A DNA stretch of 64,000 nucleotides from a virus. The notes below the pieces were generated by a model. The model was not told the DNA's origin and searched no databases. It saw only the letters and a program-made list of their open reading frames with translations. The stretch is taken from IMG/VR virus record IMGVR_UViG_3300025120_010946, positions 14,131 through 78,130 of that record. One strand, 5' to 3'. This document shows positions 9,470-18,583 of the stretch, in pieces. Position 1 is the stretch's first letter; every line of letters starts with the position of its first letter. A program made the position numbers and the translations under genes.

Positions 9470-10546
9470 ATGGGACTATCCAAGCAAACCATTATTAACT
9501 GTCTTCATGAATCCTATGGTGAATCAGTAACGTCTGCTGAAATCAAAGCATTTTGTCAGATGAATGATTTTAATTATCAAACCATTACCAACAAACTGAC
9601 TGATTGTAAAGTCGGACGTGGTAAATGGAATTTAGAAGTAACTAAAGAAACTGTAGAAGAATTGGAAGTGACTTATAATTCTCCTACAGCTTTACCAGCA
9701 GTTGAGCAAAATCTTGTCCCTGAGAAAGATGATACCTTCGTCAAGTTTGGTAACTTTGGTGATATTAAAAAAATTATTAAGTCCCGTGTATTTTATCCGA
9801 CATTTATTACTGGATTGTCGGGAAACGGTAAAACGTTTTCTGTTGAACAAGCATGTTCTCAAATCGAAAGAGAACTCATCCGTGTAAATATTACAATCGA
9901 AACAGACGAAGATGATCTCATTGGTGGTTTCCGCCTTATTAATGGCGAAACCGTTTGGCATAACGGACCCGTTATTGAAGCCCTGCAACGGGGTGCTGTG
10001 CTGCTCCTTGACGAAATCGATCTTGCCTCAAACAAAATCCTTTGTCTCCAATCTATTCTCGAAGGAAAGGGGGTTTTCCTCAAGAAGATTGGCAAATGGG
10101 TTTCACCAGCAGAGGGTTTCCAAATATTTGCCACAGCAAATACCAAAGGTAAAGGTTCAGATGATGGACGATTCATTGGTACTAATGTGCTCAACGAAGC
10201 ATTCCTTGAAAGGTTCCCTGTAACCTTTGAACAAGAATACCCACCAACTACTATTGAAACTAAAATATTAGAAAAGTTTTGTGCTGATGTTGATTTTTGT
10301 AAGCGTCTGACGGACTGGGCTGACATCATTCGTAAAACATTCTATGATGGTGGTATTGAAGAAATTATCAGCACCCGCCGACTTGTCCATATCATGAAGG
10401 CATATAGCATTTTTGGCGATAAGGGAAAAGCAATTCAAGTTTGCATCAATCGTTTCGATGATGAAACTAAGCAAGCATTTTTAGAATTGTACGACAAGGT
10501 TGATGCTGATTTTGAAATGCCCATTGACGAAACAACTATCTCTTGA
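9470..10546 (+). CDS. cobS: MoxR/CobS-like AAA+ ATPase
   Basis: Walker A GLSGNGKT, Walker B LLLDEID, ATANTKG, LNEAFLERF. Confidence 0.9.
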   Translation: MGLSKQTIINCLHESYGESVTSAEIKAFCQMNDFNYQTITNKLTDCKVGRGKWNLEVTKETVEELEVTYNSPTALPAVEQNLVPEKDDTFVKFGNFGDIKKIIKSRVFYPTFITGLSGNGKTFSVEQACSQIERELIRVNITIETDEDDLIGGFRLINGETVWHNGPVIEALQRGAVLLLDEIDLASNKILCLQSILEGKGVFLKKIGKWVSPAEGFQIFATANTKGKGSDDGRFIGTNVLNEAFLERFPVTFEQEYPPTTIETKILEKFCADVDFCKRLTDWADIIRKTFYDGGIEEIISTRRLVHIMKAYSIFGDKGKAIQVCINRFDDETKQAFLELYDKVDADFEMPIDETTIS

Positions 10547-10552
10547 TATACT
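10524..10552 (+). promoter_or_regulatory. Sigma70-type promoter TTGACG-17-TATACT
   Basis: Consensus-like hexamers with 17-nt spacer ahead of the clamp operon. Confidence 0.65.
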
Positions 10553-10557
10553 AAAGT

Positions 10558-11013
10558 ATGACTTCTTGGAGTTTCCTACACGACGTTATGTCTGAAAATA
10601 AATATGATGAAAATATTATTCTAACGAGTAGTATTAGTGAAGCAAGTGAATCTGATTACATTGATTTTTGGGGAGGTGATGATGATTTAATTTCACTTAC
10701 AATTCCTGATCTTCCAACTCCCAATGGTAGAAGGAAGTACAGTGAAGATGAAATTATCAAAGAATTACAAGAGTACATTGGTAGAACATATCAACAGCAT
10801 TATTCTGCTGGTGATGATAAGATTCAGACTCTTGATCTTATCGAAGCTTGTGGTGATGGTGAGGCATTCTGTCGCAGCAACATCCTCAAGTATGCGTCAC
10901 GATATGATAAGAAGGGCACTGCCCGCCGTGACATTATGAAGATTCTGCATTATGCTGTCCTTCTAATGCATTTCAATGACAAAAATGCAAAACGTGAAAC
11001 TTACCCTCAGTGA
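10558..11013 (+). CDS. DUF3310-like protein (possible nucleotide kinase)
   Basis: QHYS...QTLDLI...FCRSNILKYASRYDKKG...DIMKILHY; start may be ATG at 10588. Confidence 0.6.
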   Translation: MTSWSFLHDVMSENKYDENIILTSSISEASESDYIDFWGGDDDLISLTIPDLPTPNGRRKYSEDEIIKELQEYIGRTYQQHYSAGDDKIQTLDLIEACGDGEAFCRSNILKYASRYDKKGTARRDIMKILHYAVLLMHFNDKNAKRETYPQ

Positions 11014-11696
11014 TGAAAATTCGCAACCCTATGAAACTTTCTGATTCTACTCTTTCTCTTCTTAAAAACTTTTCTTCGATCAACCAATCAATTCTTTTTA
11101 AAGAGGGTAGTAAACTTCGCACTATTAGTGTGATGAAGAACATTCTTGCTGAAGCAACTATTAGTGAGGAATTTTCTAAAGATTTTGGTATCTATGATCT
11201 CAACCAATTCCTTAATGGTATGAGTCTCCATAAAAAACCTGAACTTGATTTTGCTAATGATGGATATGTTGTGATCAGAGAAGGACGTTCTCGCTCCAAA
11301 TATTTCTTTGCTGATCCTTCTGTCATTGTTACTCCTCCCGATAAAGAAATTTCTCTCCCTAGTGAAGATGTATGTTTCGAATTATCTACTCTAGTTCTTG
11401 AGAAACTTTTGAAAGCAGCTGCTGTTTATCAACTGCCAGATATCTCCGCTGTTGGTGAGAACGGTGTAGTAAAACTTGTTGTTCGTGACAAGAAGAATGA
11501 TACTTCTAACGCTCATGAAGAAGTTGTTGGAGAAACTAATGCAGTATTTAATTTTAACTTCAAAGTAGAGAACATCAAGATTCTTCCTGGAACTTATGAT
11601 GTAGTTGTATCTCAAAAACTTCTTGCTCGGTTCAATAGTAAGAATCATGATCTAATCTATTATATTGCTTTAGAACCTGATTCGACTTTTGAATGA
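11010..11696 (+). CDS. gp45: Sliding clamp gp45
   Basis: MKLSDSTLSLLKNFSSINQSI, FGIYDLNQFL, YYIALE; start probably at 11031. Confidence 0.93.
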   Translation: MMKIRNPMKLSDSTLSLLKNFSSINQSILFKEGSKLRTISVMKNILAEATISEEFSKDFGIYDLNQFLNGMSLHKKPELDFANDGYVVIREGRSRSKYFFADPSVIVTPPDKEISLPSEDVCFELSTLVLEKLLKAAAVYQLPDISAVGENGVVKLVVRDKKNDTSNAHEEVVGETNAVFNFNFKVENIKILPGTYDVVVSQKLLARFNSKNHDLIYYIALEPDSTFE

Positions 11697-12220
11697 ATAT
11701 CTTTGTGACTTCTCCCAGTCCTTGGGAGTCTGCCAGGGTTTTGCCTGACAAACACATTGTCAAGATGCCCTTGGAGACATGTCAGATGCTTGCTATTGTA
11801 TGCTCTGACAAATGGGGACATAACTTCGGCACTCTTCCTAGAGCAGACGGTACTCCCTATGCTACTGAGAAGGGTGCTTTTCGTAATCACCCATGTACTA
11901 TCTGGGCGAATGAGTTTGTAACTAACTGGCAATGGTTGCTTGCTCATGGACTTGCTATGTGTGATGAGTACACTGCTCGCTATGGTAAGGTTCACACCTG
12001 CCAGAAAACTCTCTTAGCAGCAAAGGAGATACTTCCTACTGCAGATCCTCAAGGACGTAGTGGAAAAGACACAACACCCTTTGTATTTGCTGGACCTGAT
12101 GAGTTTAAGTTGGATACTTCAATATCCATCTTTGACAAATATAAGATGTATATTGCATCTAAACCATGGGTATGCGATAATTACCTTCGGTTGCCACACC
12201 GCAAACCTGACTGGATTTGA
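11693..12220 (+). CDS. Pyrimidine-dimer DNA glycosylase/DenV-related family protein
   Basis: MNIF...DKHIVKMPLETCQML, NHPCTIW, EYTARYGKVH. Confidence 0.7.
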   Translation: MNIFVTSPSPWESARVLPDKHIVKMPLETCQMLAIVCSDKWGHNFGTLPRADGTPYATEKGAFRNHPCTIWANEFVTNWQWLLAHGLAMCDEYTARYGKVHTCQKTLLAAKEILPTADPQGRSGKDTTPFVFAGPDEFKLDTSISIFDKYKMYIASKPWVCDNYLRLPHRKPDWI

Positions 12221-13167
12221 TTATGCGTGATGAATTTCTGTGGGTAGAGAAATATCGCCCACGTAAAATTGAAGAATGTATTTTACCACCAAGTATTAAA
12301 AAGACTTTTCAAGACTTCCTAGATAAAGGAGAAGTTCCTAATCTTCTACTCTCAGGTCCTGCAGGATGTGGGAAAACCACAGTTGCTAAAGCATTGTGTA
12401 ACGAACTAGGAGTAGATTTTTATGTCATCAATGGATCCGATGAGGGACGGTTCTTGGATACTGTCCGAAACAATGCGAAGAATTTCGCTTCGACCGTCTC
12501 GCTTTCGTCAACTGCAAAACACAAAGTCATCATCATTGATGAAGCAGATAACACAACCAATGATGTACAACTCCTCCTACGGGCGTTTATTGAGGAGTTT
12601 AGTAGTAACTGCAGATTTATCTTTACCTGCAATTATAAAAACAAAATTCTTGAGCCCCTCCACTCGCGATGCGCCGTTGTCGAATTTTCCATTAAGGGAA
12701 AAGAGCGACAGGCAATTGCAGCCTCATTCTTCAAACGTATCCAACAAATCTTGGATACAGAAGGTGTTAAATATGATAACAAGGTCCTGGTAGAACTTAT
12801 TAACAAACACTTCCCAGATTGGAGACGTGTTCTTAATGAATGTCAAAGATATTCTTCAGGAGGATCTATTGATGCTGGAATACTTGCGACGTTCTCAGAT
12901 GTTAAAGTCAATAATCTTATTCAGAACCTCAAATCAAAGAACTTTGCAGAAGTTCGGAAGTGGGTGGTGGATAACCTGGATAATGATTCTGGTGTACTTA
13001 TGCGTCGTATTTACGATGCTCTTTATACATCCCTGGCAAACTCTAGTGTTCCTGCTGCTGTGCTTATTCTTGCTAAGTATCAATACCAAATGGCATTTGT
13101 AGCGGATCAAGAAATAAACATGCTCGCATGTTTAACTGAGATTATGGTAGAATGTGAGTTTAAATGA
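12217..13167 (+). CDS. gp44: Clamp loader large subunit gp44
   Basis: LWVEKYRP, GPAGCGKT, IIDEAD, SRC. Confidence 0.96.
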   Translation: MIMRDEFLWVEKYRPRKIEECILPPSIKKTFQDFLDKGEVPNLLLSGPAGCGKTTVAKALCNELGVDFYVINGSDEGRFLDTVRNNAKNFASTVSLSSTAKHKVIIIDEADNTTNDVQLLLRAFIEEFSSNCRFIFTCNYKNKILEPLHSRCAVVEFSIKGKERQAIAASFFKRIQQILDTEGVKYDNKVLVELINKHFPDWRRVLNECQRYSSGGSIDAGILATFSDVKVNNLIQNLKSKNFAEVRKWVVDNLDNDSGVLMRRIYDALYTSLANSSVPAAVLILAKYQYQMAFVADQEINMLACLTEIMVECEFK

Positions 13168-14015
13168 AGTCTTTTAAAACACCATTGAGATATCCTGGTG
13201 GCAAGTCTCGTGCTTGCACAAAGATGGATGTTTACATCCCAGATCTTCGCGATTATAAAGAGTATCGGGAACCTTTTCTTGGTGGTGGTAGTGTTGCAAT
13301 TCACATTACTAAAAAGTATCCACATCTTGACGTGTGGGTAAACGATCTGTATGAACCTCTCTATAACTTTTGGAGAGTTCTCCAAGATGATGGATATAAT
13401 CTATATAAGAAACTTCAGGAACTTAAATCTAGATATCCTGATCCTATTTCTGCAAAAGGTCTTTTCCTTGAATCAAAAGAGTATCTAAATGATGAATCCA
13501 ATAATGACGCTTTATGGCGTGCTGTCAGTTTTTATACTGTCAATAAGTGTTCTTTTTCTGGTCTCACCGAGTCATCCTCCTTCAGCAAACAAGCAAGTGA
13601 CTCAAACTTCTCAATGCGAGGAATTGAAAAACTACAAGGATACACAAAGATAATTGAGAACTGGAAGATCACCAATCTTAGTTATAAACAAATACTTTGT
13701 GATGATAAATCAACTTTCATCTACTTAGATCCTCCTTATGAGATTGGAAGTAATCTTTATGGCAAACGAGGTAGTATGCATAAAGGATTTGATCATGATC
13801 AATTTGCCAATGACTGTGATCGTTCTGTTAGTAATCAACTGATATCCTACAATTCATCTCAACTTATCAAAGAAAGATTTGATGGGTGGCAAACTGGTGA
13901 ATTTGATTTAACATATACTATGCGATCTGTTGGTGAGTATATGCGTGAACAAAAAGATCGTAAGGAACTTTTACTTTTTAATTATGGAATTAAAGGATTG
14001 GCTGAACTCAATTAA
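13164..14015 (+). CDS. dam: Dam-like (D12 class) DNA adenine N6-methyltransferase
   Basis: LRYPGGKS, EPFLGGGS, DPPY catalytic motif. Confidence 0.9.
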   Translation: MKSFKTPLRYPGGKSRACTKMDVYIPDLRDYKEYREPFLGGGSVAIHITKKYPHLDVWVNDLYEPLYNFWRVLQDDGYNLYKKLQELKSRYPDPISAKGLFLESKEYLNDESNNDALWRAVSFYTVNKCSFSGLTESSSFSKQASDSNFSMRGIEKLQGYTKIIENWKITNLSYKQILCDDKSTFIYLDPPYEIGSNLYGKRGSMHKGFDHDQFANDCDRSVSNQLISYNSSQLIKERFDGWQTGEFDLTYTMRSVGEYMREQKDRKELLLFNYGIKGLAELN

Positions 14016-14352
14016 TTTTACGAAGGAAGATTTATCTGAGGAAGTTAAATCCTACCCTCCTTACATTATCAATCGTTGTTTATCTGGACATCTAGATTGT
14101 GTGTTGTTTGCTAATGAGATGAATAAGCATCATCACCTAGATAAAGATATGCAATATAAATTTTATCTAAATAGTCTGAGGAAAAAGAAGAGATTTTCTC
14201 CCTGGCTCCGTAAGGATAAAGTCACGGATCTCGAAAGTGTCAAACAATACTATGGTTATAGTAATGAAAAGGCATCTCAAGCTCTGAAAATCCTGACGAA
14301 TGAACAGATTAATTTTATTAAACAACGACTTGACATTGGAGGAGCAAAATGA
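13984..14352 (+). CDS. gp62: Clamp loader small subunit gp62
   Basis: MELKDWLNSIN, YPPYIINRCLS, YYGYSNEKA; ATG at 13984. Confidence 0.9.
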   Translation: MELKDWLNSINFTKEDLSEEVKSYPPYIINRCLSGHLDCVLFANEMNKHHHLDKDMQYKFYLNSLRKKKRFSPWLRKDKVTDLESVKQYYGYSNEKASQALKILTNEQINFIKQRLDIGGAK

Positions 14353-14789
14353 GTAATACTGTGGAACCTCAGTATCACTGGACTCAAGATCAGATGATCG
14401 AAGTTTTACTTAATGAACCAGATGATTTCTTAAAAGTTAGAGAGACTTTGACAAGAATAGGAGTTGCTTCTAGGAAAGAGAAGAAACTTTATCAGTCTTG
14501 CCATATTCTTCATAAACAGGGCAAGTATTATATTGTTCACTTTAAGGAATTATTTGCACTTGATGGTAAGCACGCGAATCTTTCTATTAACGACGTTCAA
14601 CGCCGCAATCGTATTGTACGTTTACTTTCTGACTGGGGATTGATTTCTATTGTAGATGAGGAAACGGTTCTTGATATCGCACCGTTGAATCAAATCAAAG
14701 TTCTTTCTTATAAGGATAAGGGAGATTGGGTGCTTGAACAGAAGTATAATATTGGAAAAAAGGGAAAGGAAAGTGCCCAGCAGCAGTAA
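14349..14789 (+). CDS. regA: Translational repressor RegA
   Basis: DDFLKVRETLTRIG, LYQSCHILHKQG, YIVHFKELF. Confidence 0.96.
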   Translation: MSNTVEPQYHWTQDQMIEVLLNEPDDFLKVRETLTRIGVASRKEKKLYQSCHILHKQGKYYIVHFKELFALDGKHANLSINDVQRRNRIVRLLSDWGLISIVDEETVLDIAPLNQIKVLSYKDKGDWVLEQKYNIGKKGKESAQQQ

Positions 14790-14879
14790 GAAATATCCGA
14801 AATCAACATTTGGTTTTGGCAATGATGGCTTACCGACTGTCAGTATTGGGCAAATATTTGAGTAAAACCGAATAAAAAT

Positions 14880-14906
14880 GAGCGGGTTTCAACACCCGCT
14901 TTTTTT
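14880..14906 (+). terminator. Intrinsic terminator after regA
   Basis: AGCGGGT-ttcaac-ACCCGCT followed by a T run. Confidence 0.8.
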
Positions 14907-14981
14907 GTGCTTCTTGTATAATTAGTAGTGGATGCCGTAAGGGTCCTCACAACACACTCTCGCTTAAGAAGGAGAAGTTAA

Positions 14982-15413
14982 ATGACTAACTTGATGAAGT
15001 TTAATGCTGCTGACTTAGATCAGCTGATGGATAAAATCACCCGCAATTCTATCGGGATTGATGACTATCTAAACAACGTCTTTCATGCCCAAACACAAGG
15101 TAACTATCCCCCATATAATGTTGTACAATTAAACAACACAGAGACTAAACTTGAGATTGCTCTGGCTGGATTTTCAAAAGATGAAATCAAAGTTTATACA
15201 GAGTATGGTAAACTCACAGTCAAAGGGGAGAGAGAGGCAACCACCGAGGAGGGACAATACCTTCATAAAGGACTTGCCCATAGGAACTTTGAACGATCCT
15301 GGACGCTTGCTGAGGGCACGGAGGTGACTGATGTGACTTTTGAAAACGGACTTCTCGCTGTTGTTGTGAAGAAGATTGTTCCTGAACACCATGCTCGTAA
15401 GGACTATCTCTAA
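14982..15413 (+). CDS. hsp20: Small heat shock protein Hsp20
   Basis: NYPPYN, LEIALAGF, YLHKGLAHRNF, FENGLL alpha-crystallin domain; AAGGAG SD. Confidence 0.95.
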   Translation: MTNLMKFNAADLDQLMDKITRNSIGIDDYLNNVFHAQTQGNYPPYNVVQLNNTETKLEIALAGFSKDEIKVYTEYGKLTVKGEREATTEEGQYLHKGLAHRNFERSWTLAEGTEVTDVTFENGLLAVVVKKIVPEHHARKDYL

Positions 15414-15447
15414 ATAGAAGCGGCTACCTAAAAATATCGTCGCCGTT

Positions 15448-15488
15448 GGGGGGCAACTGGCAAAATCCAGTTGACGCCCCCCTTTTTT
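15448..15488 (+). terminator. Intrinsic terminator after hsp20
   Basis: GGGGGGCAACTGG-caaaat-CCAGTTGacGCCCCCC followed by T6. Confidence 0.8.
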
Positions 15489-15499
15489 ATTGCTAGAAT
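15471..15499 (+). promoter_or_regulatory. Sigma70-type promoter TTGACG-17-TAGAAT overlapping the terminator
   Basis: 17-nt spacing, extended -10 TG; upstream of the Sm-like ORFs and gp43. Confidence 0.65.
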
Positions 15500-15520
15500 G
15501 ATGGAAGGTATGAACTAAAG

Positions 15521-15886
15521 ATGACTGTAAAACTTTTGCTGTTAAAGTCTGGTGAAGACGTTATTGCTGATGTCAGTGAGATGGCAGTCGGTGAAGACGC
15601 GGATAGAAAAGTCCTTGGATATTTTCTGGATAAACCCTGTGTTGTTAAAATCTTAAACACAGAACGACAAGAGGAAGGAAATAAAAAAGCAGCATTTAAT
15701 GTTTCGCTTTATCCTTGGTGTCCTCTAGCTGCAGATAACGTTATCCCTCTTACTGTAGAATGGGTGGTAACGATAGTCGAACCTAAAGAAAAACTCAAAG
15801 AAATGTATTTGGAGGATGTAGTTGGAAATGAGCAACAAACTAGTGAAAGTGATTCTACTGACGAACAACGAGAAACTGATCAGTGA
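15521..15886 (+). CDS. Cyanophage Sm-like protein
   Basis: LLLLKSGEDVIADV...LYPWCPL...VVTIVEPKEKLKEMY matches the pattern of the cyanophage Sm-like family. Confidence 0.65.
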   Translation: MTVKLLLLKSGEDVIADVSEMAVGEDADRKVLGYFLDKPCVVKILNTERQEEGNKKAAFNVSLYPWCPLAADNVIPLTVEWVVTIVEPKEKLKEMYLEDVVGNEQQTSESDSTDEQRETDQ

Positions 15887-16088
15887 GATTGAAGAAGTAG
15901 GTGCTGATGTTGGTGAACCCGATTGTAAGTTAATTAATCCTATGGAAATATGTGAGGGTAACATGCTCTCTCCATGGATGATAGATCACACCATGGAAGA
16001 CTCATTTATGATTAGTTCGGATAAGATTATTACACTTGCTAATCCTATGCCAACATTACTTGAAAAATACTTAGAACAGACTAAATGA
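15828..16088 (+). CDS. Second Sm-like paralogue
   Basis: VILLTNNEKLISEI...LSPWM...KIITLANPMPTLLEKY. Confidence 0.6.
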   Translation: MSNKLVKVILLTNNEKLISEIEEVGADVGEPDCKLINPMEICEGNMLSPWMIDHTMEDSFMISSDKIITLANPMPTLLEKYLEQTK

Positions 16089-18583
16089 AATTTTACACCA
16101 ACGTTCAGTTGATCGGTAATCAGTTTTTGGTTCGTGGAGTTGAAGACGGAAAAAGATTTGAGATCAGAGACAGTGAGTTTCGTCCCACTCTTTTTGTCAA
16201 TAGTAAAAGGGGAACCAAGTACAAAACGCTGAATGGTGAAAGTGTAGAACCAATTCAACCTGGTGCTGTTAGAGATTGTCGCGATTTCTATAAAAAATAT
16301 CAAGATGTTGAAGGATTTTCAATCTTTGGAAATGATAGATACATCTATCAATACATTTCGGAAAAATATCCTGAGAATGAAATCAAGTTTGATATTAGTA
16401 AAATAAAACTAATCACAATTGATATTGAGACTGCATCGGAGAATGGATTTCCTGATGTTGAATCCTGCCAGGAAGAAATCCTTGCGATCACAATTCAAGA
16501 TTACACCACGAAGAAGATTGTTACGTGGGGTGCAAAACCTTTTGTTAATAAACAAAAGAATGTAACCTATCATCATTGTCCAACTGAACATCAACTTCTT
16601 TCTTCTTTTATTAATTATTGGATGATTGATGTTCCTGATGTTGTGACTGGATGGAATATTCAACTTTATGATATACCTTATATTTGTAAACGACTTAATC
16701 GGGTGCTTGGTGAAAAACTGATGAAGCGTTTTTCGCCCTGGGGACTTGTGAGTGAGGGTGAAACTTATATTCAAGGGCGCAAGCATACTACATTTGATGT
16801 GGGTGGTGTATGTCAACTGGATTATCTTGACTTATATAAGAAGTTTACATATAAAGCACAAGAATCATATCGTCTTGATTATATTGCTTTTGTGGAACTC
16901 GGGCAAAAGAAACTTGATCACTCTGAGTATGAAACTTTCAAAGATTTTTATACTCATGGGTGGCAGAAATATATTGAATATAACATTGTTGACGTAGAAC
17001 TCGTTGATAGGTTGGAAGATAAGATGAAACTTATCGAACTTGCTTTGACAATGGCTTATGATGCTAAAGTCAACTATAACGATGTGTTCTATCAAGTTCG
17101 AATGTGGGATAACATCATTTATAACTACTTAAAGAAACGTGATATAGTTATTCCACCAAAGAGAAATACTGATAAAAACGAAAAGTACGCAGGTGCTTAT
17201 GTTAAGGAACCGATTCCGGGAAAGTATGATTGGGTTGTGTCTTTCGATCTCAACTCTCTCTATCCTCATCTTATTATGCAGTACAACATCTCTCCAGAGA
17301 CGCTTCTGGATGAGAGACATCCCACAGCTTCAGTTGATAGAATTCTTAAAGAAGAAATAAATTTTGAACTCTATAAGGACAATGCGATTTGTGCCAACGG
17401 TGCAATGTATCGTAAAGATGTCCGTGGGTTTTTGCCTGAGTTGATGGAGAAGATGTATGGGGATCGAGTTGTCTTTAAAAAGAAAATGCTCGCGGCAAGA
17501 CAACAATATGAAAAAACCCCCACCATAAAACTTGAGAAAGAGATTGCCAGATGTAATAACATTCAAATGGCTAAAAAGATCTCTCTTAACTCTGCTTATG
17601 GTGCTATTGGTAATCAATACTTTAGATATTATAAACTAGCAAACGCAGAAGCAATCACGTTGTCTGGACAAGTTTCAATCCGTTGGATTGAGCAAAAGAT
17701 GAACAAATATCTAAATAATCTGTTAAAAACAGAAGACGACGATTATGTCATCGCATCAGATACAGATTCCATCTATCTTAATATGGGACCTGTTGTTGAT
17801 AAATTTCTTGCTAATAGCTCTAGCGACAAAGCAAAGATTGTGGAGTTACTTGATATGGTTTGTAGTGACAAATTGGAACCGTATATTGACAAGTGTTATT
17901 CGGATTTGGCGACGTATGTATCGGCATACGATCAAAAAATGCAAATGAAGCGTGAGAATATTGCTGATCGTGGTATTTGGACTGCGAAGAAGCGATACAT
18001 TCTAAACGTGTGGGATAGTGAGGGTGTCCGATATGAAGAACCTAAACTAAAAGTGATGGGTATTGAATCTGTTAAATCATCAACTCCAGCTCCTTGTCGT
18101 AAAATGTTGAAGGATGCTTTTAAAATTTTGATGACTGGGACTGAAGATGAGATGATTAAATTCATTGATGACAGTCGTGATCAATTTAAGAAACTTCCTC
18201 CTGAAGATGTTTCTTTTCCACGCTCTGTCTCTGATGTTGTGAAATATAGATCACACTCTACTATCTACAGCAAAGGAACTCCTATTCATGCTAGGGGAGC
18301 ACTTCTTTATAATCACTACATCAAAGAGAATAAACTAGATTCCAAATATTCTTTAATTCAAAATGGAGAAAAGATTAAGTTCTGTTATTTGAAAAAACCA
18401 AATCACATTCATGAAAATGTAATATCTTTCATTCAATACTTTCCTAAGGAATTAAATCTTGACAAGTACGTTGACTATGACTTACAATTTGAGAAATCAT
18501 TCCTTGAACCACTGAAATCCATCCTAGATTCTATTGGATGGAATGTAGAAAAAACTGTAAACCTTGAACTTTTCTTTGGATAA
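16085..18583 (+). CDS. gp43: Family B DNA polymerase gp43
   Basis: Exo I DIET, SFDLNSLYP, KISLNSAYG, ASDTDS; uninterrupted 832 aa. Confidence 0.98.
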   Translation: MKFYTNVQLIGNQFLVRGVEDGKRFEIRDSEFRPTLFVNSKRGTKYKTLNGESVEPIQPGAVRDCRDFYKKYQDVEGFSIFGNDRYIYQYISEKYPENEIKFDISKIKLITIDIETASENGFPDVESCQEEILAITIQDYTTKKIVTWGAKPFVNKQKNVTYHHCPTEHQLLSSFINYWMIDVPDVVTGWNIQLYDIPYICKRLNRVLGEKLMKRFSPWGLVSEGETYIQGRKHTTFDVGGVCQLDYLDLYKKFTYKAQESYRLDYIAFVELGQKKLDHSEYETFKDFYTHGWQKYIEYNIVDVELVDRLEDKMKLIELALTMAYDAKVNYNDVFYQVRMWDNIIYNYLKKRDIVIPPKRNTDKNEKYAGAYVKEPIPGKYDWVVSFDLNSLYPHLIMQYNISPETLLDERHPTASVDRILKEEINFELYKDNAICANGAMYRKDVRGFLPELMEKMYGDRVVFKKKMLAARQQYEKTPTIKLEKEIARCNNIQMAKKISLNSAYGAIGNQYFRYYKLANAEAITLSGQVSIRWIEQKMNKYLNNLLKTEDDDYVIASDTDSIYLNMGPVVDKFLANSSSDKAKIVELLDMVCSDKLEPYIDKCYSDLATYVSAYDQKMQMKRENIADRGIWTAKKRYILNVWDSEGVRYEEPKLKVMGIESVKSSTPAPCRKMLKDAFKILMTGTEDEMIKFIDDSRDQFKKLPPEDVSFPRSVSDVVKYRSHSTIYSKGTPIHARGALLYNHYIKENKLDSKYSLIQNGEKIKFCYLKKPNHIHENVISFIQYFPKELNLDKYVDYDLQFEKSFLEPLKSILDSIGWNVEKTVNLELFFG

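Noticed and set aside
9470-10546. Cobalamin biosynthesis role for the cobS-like gene
   Set aside because: No cobN or other cob genes are present; context fits a generic MoxR-vWA pair
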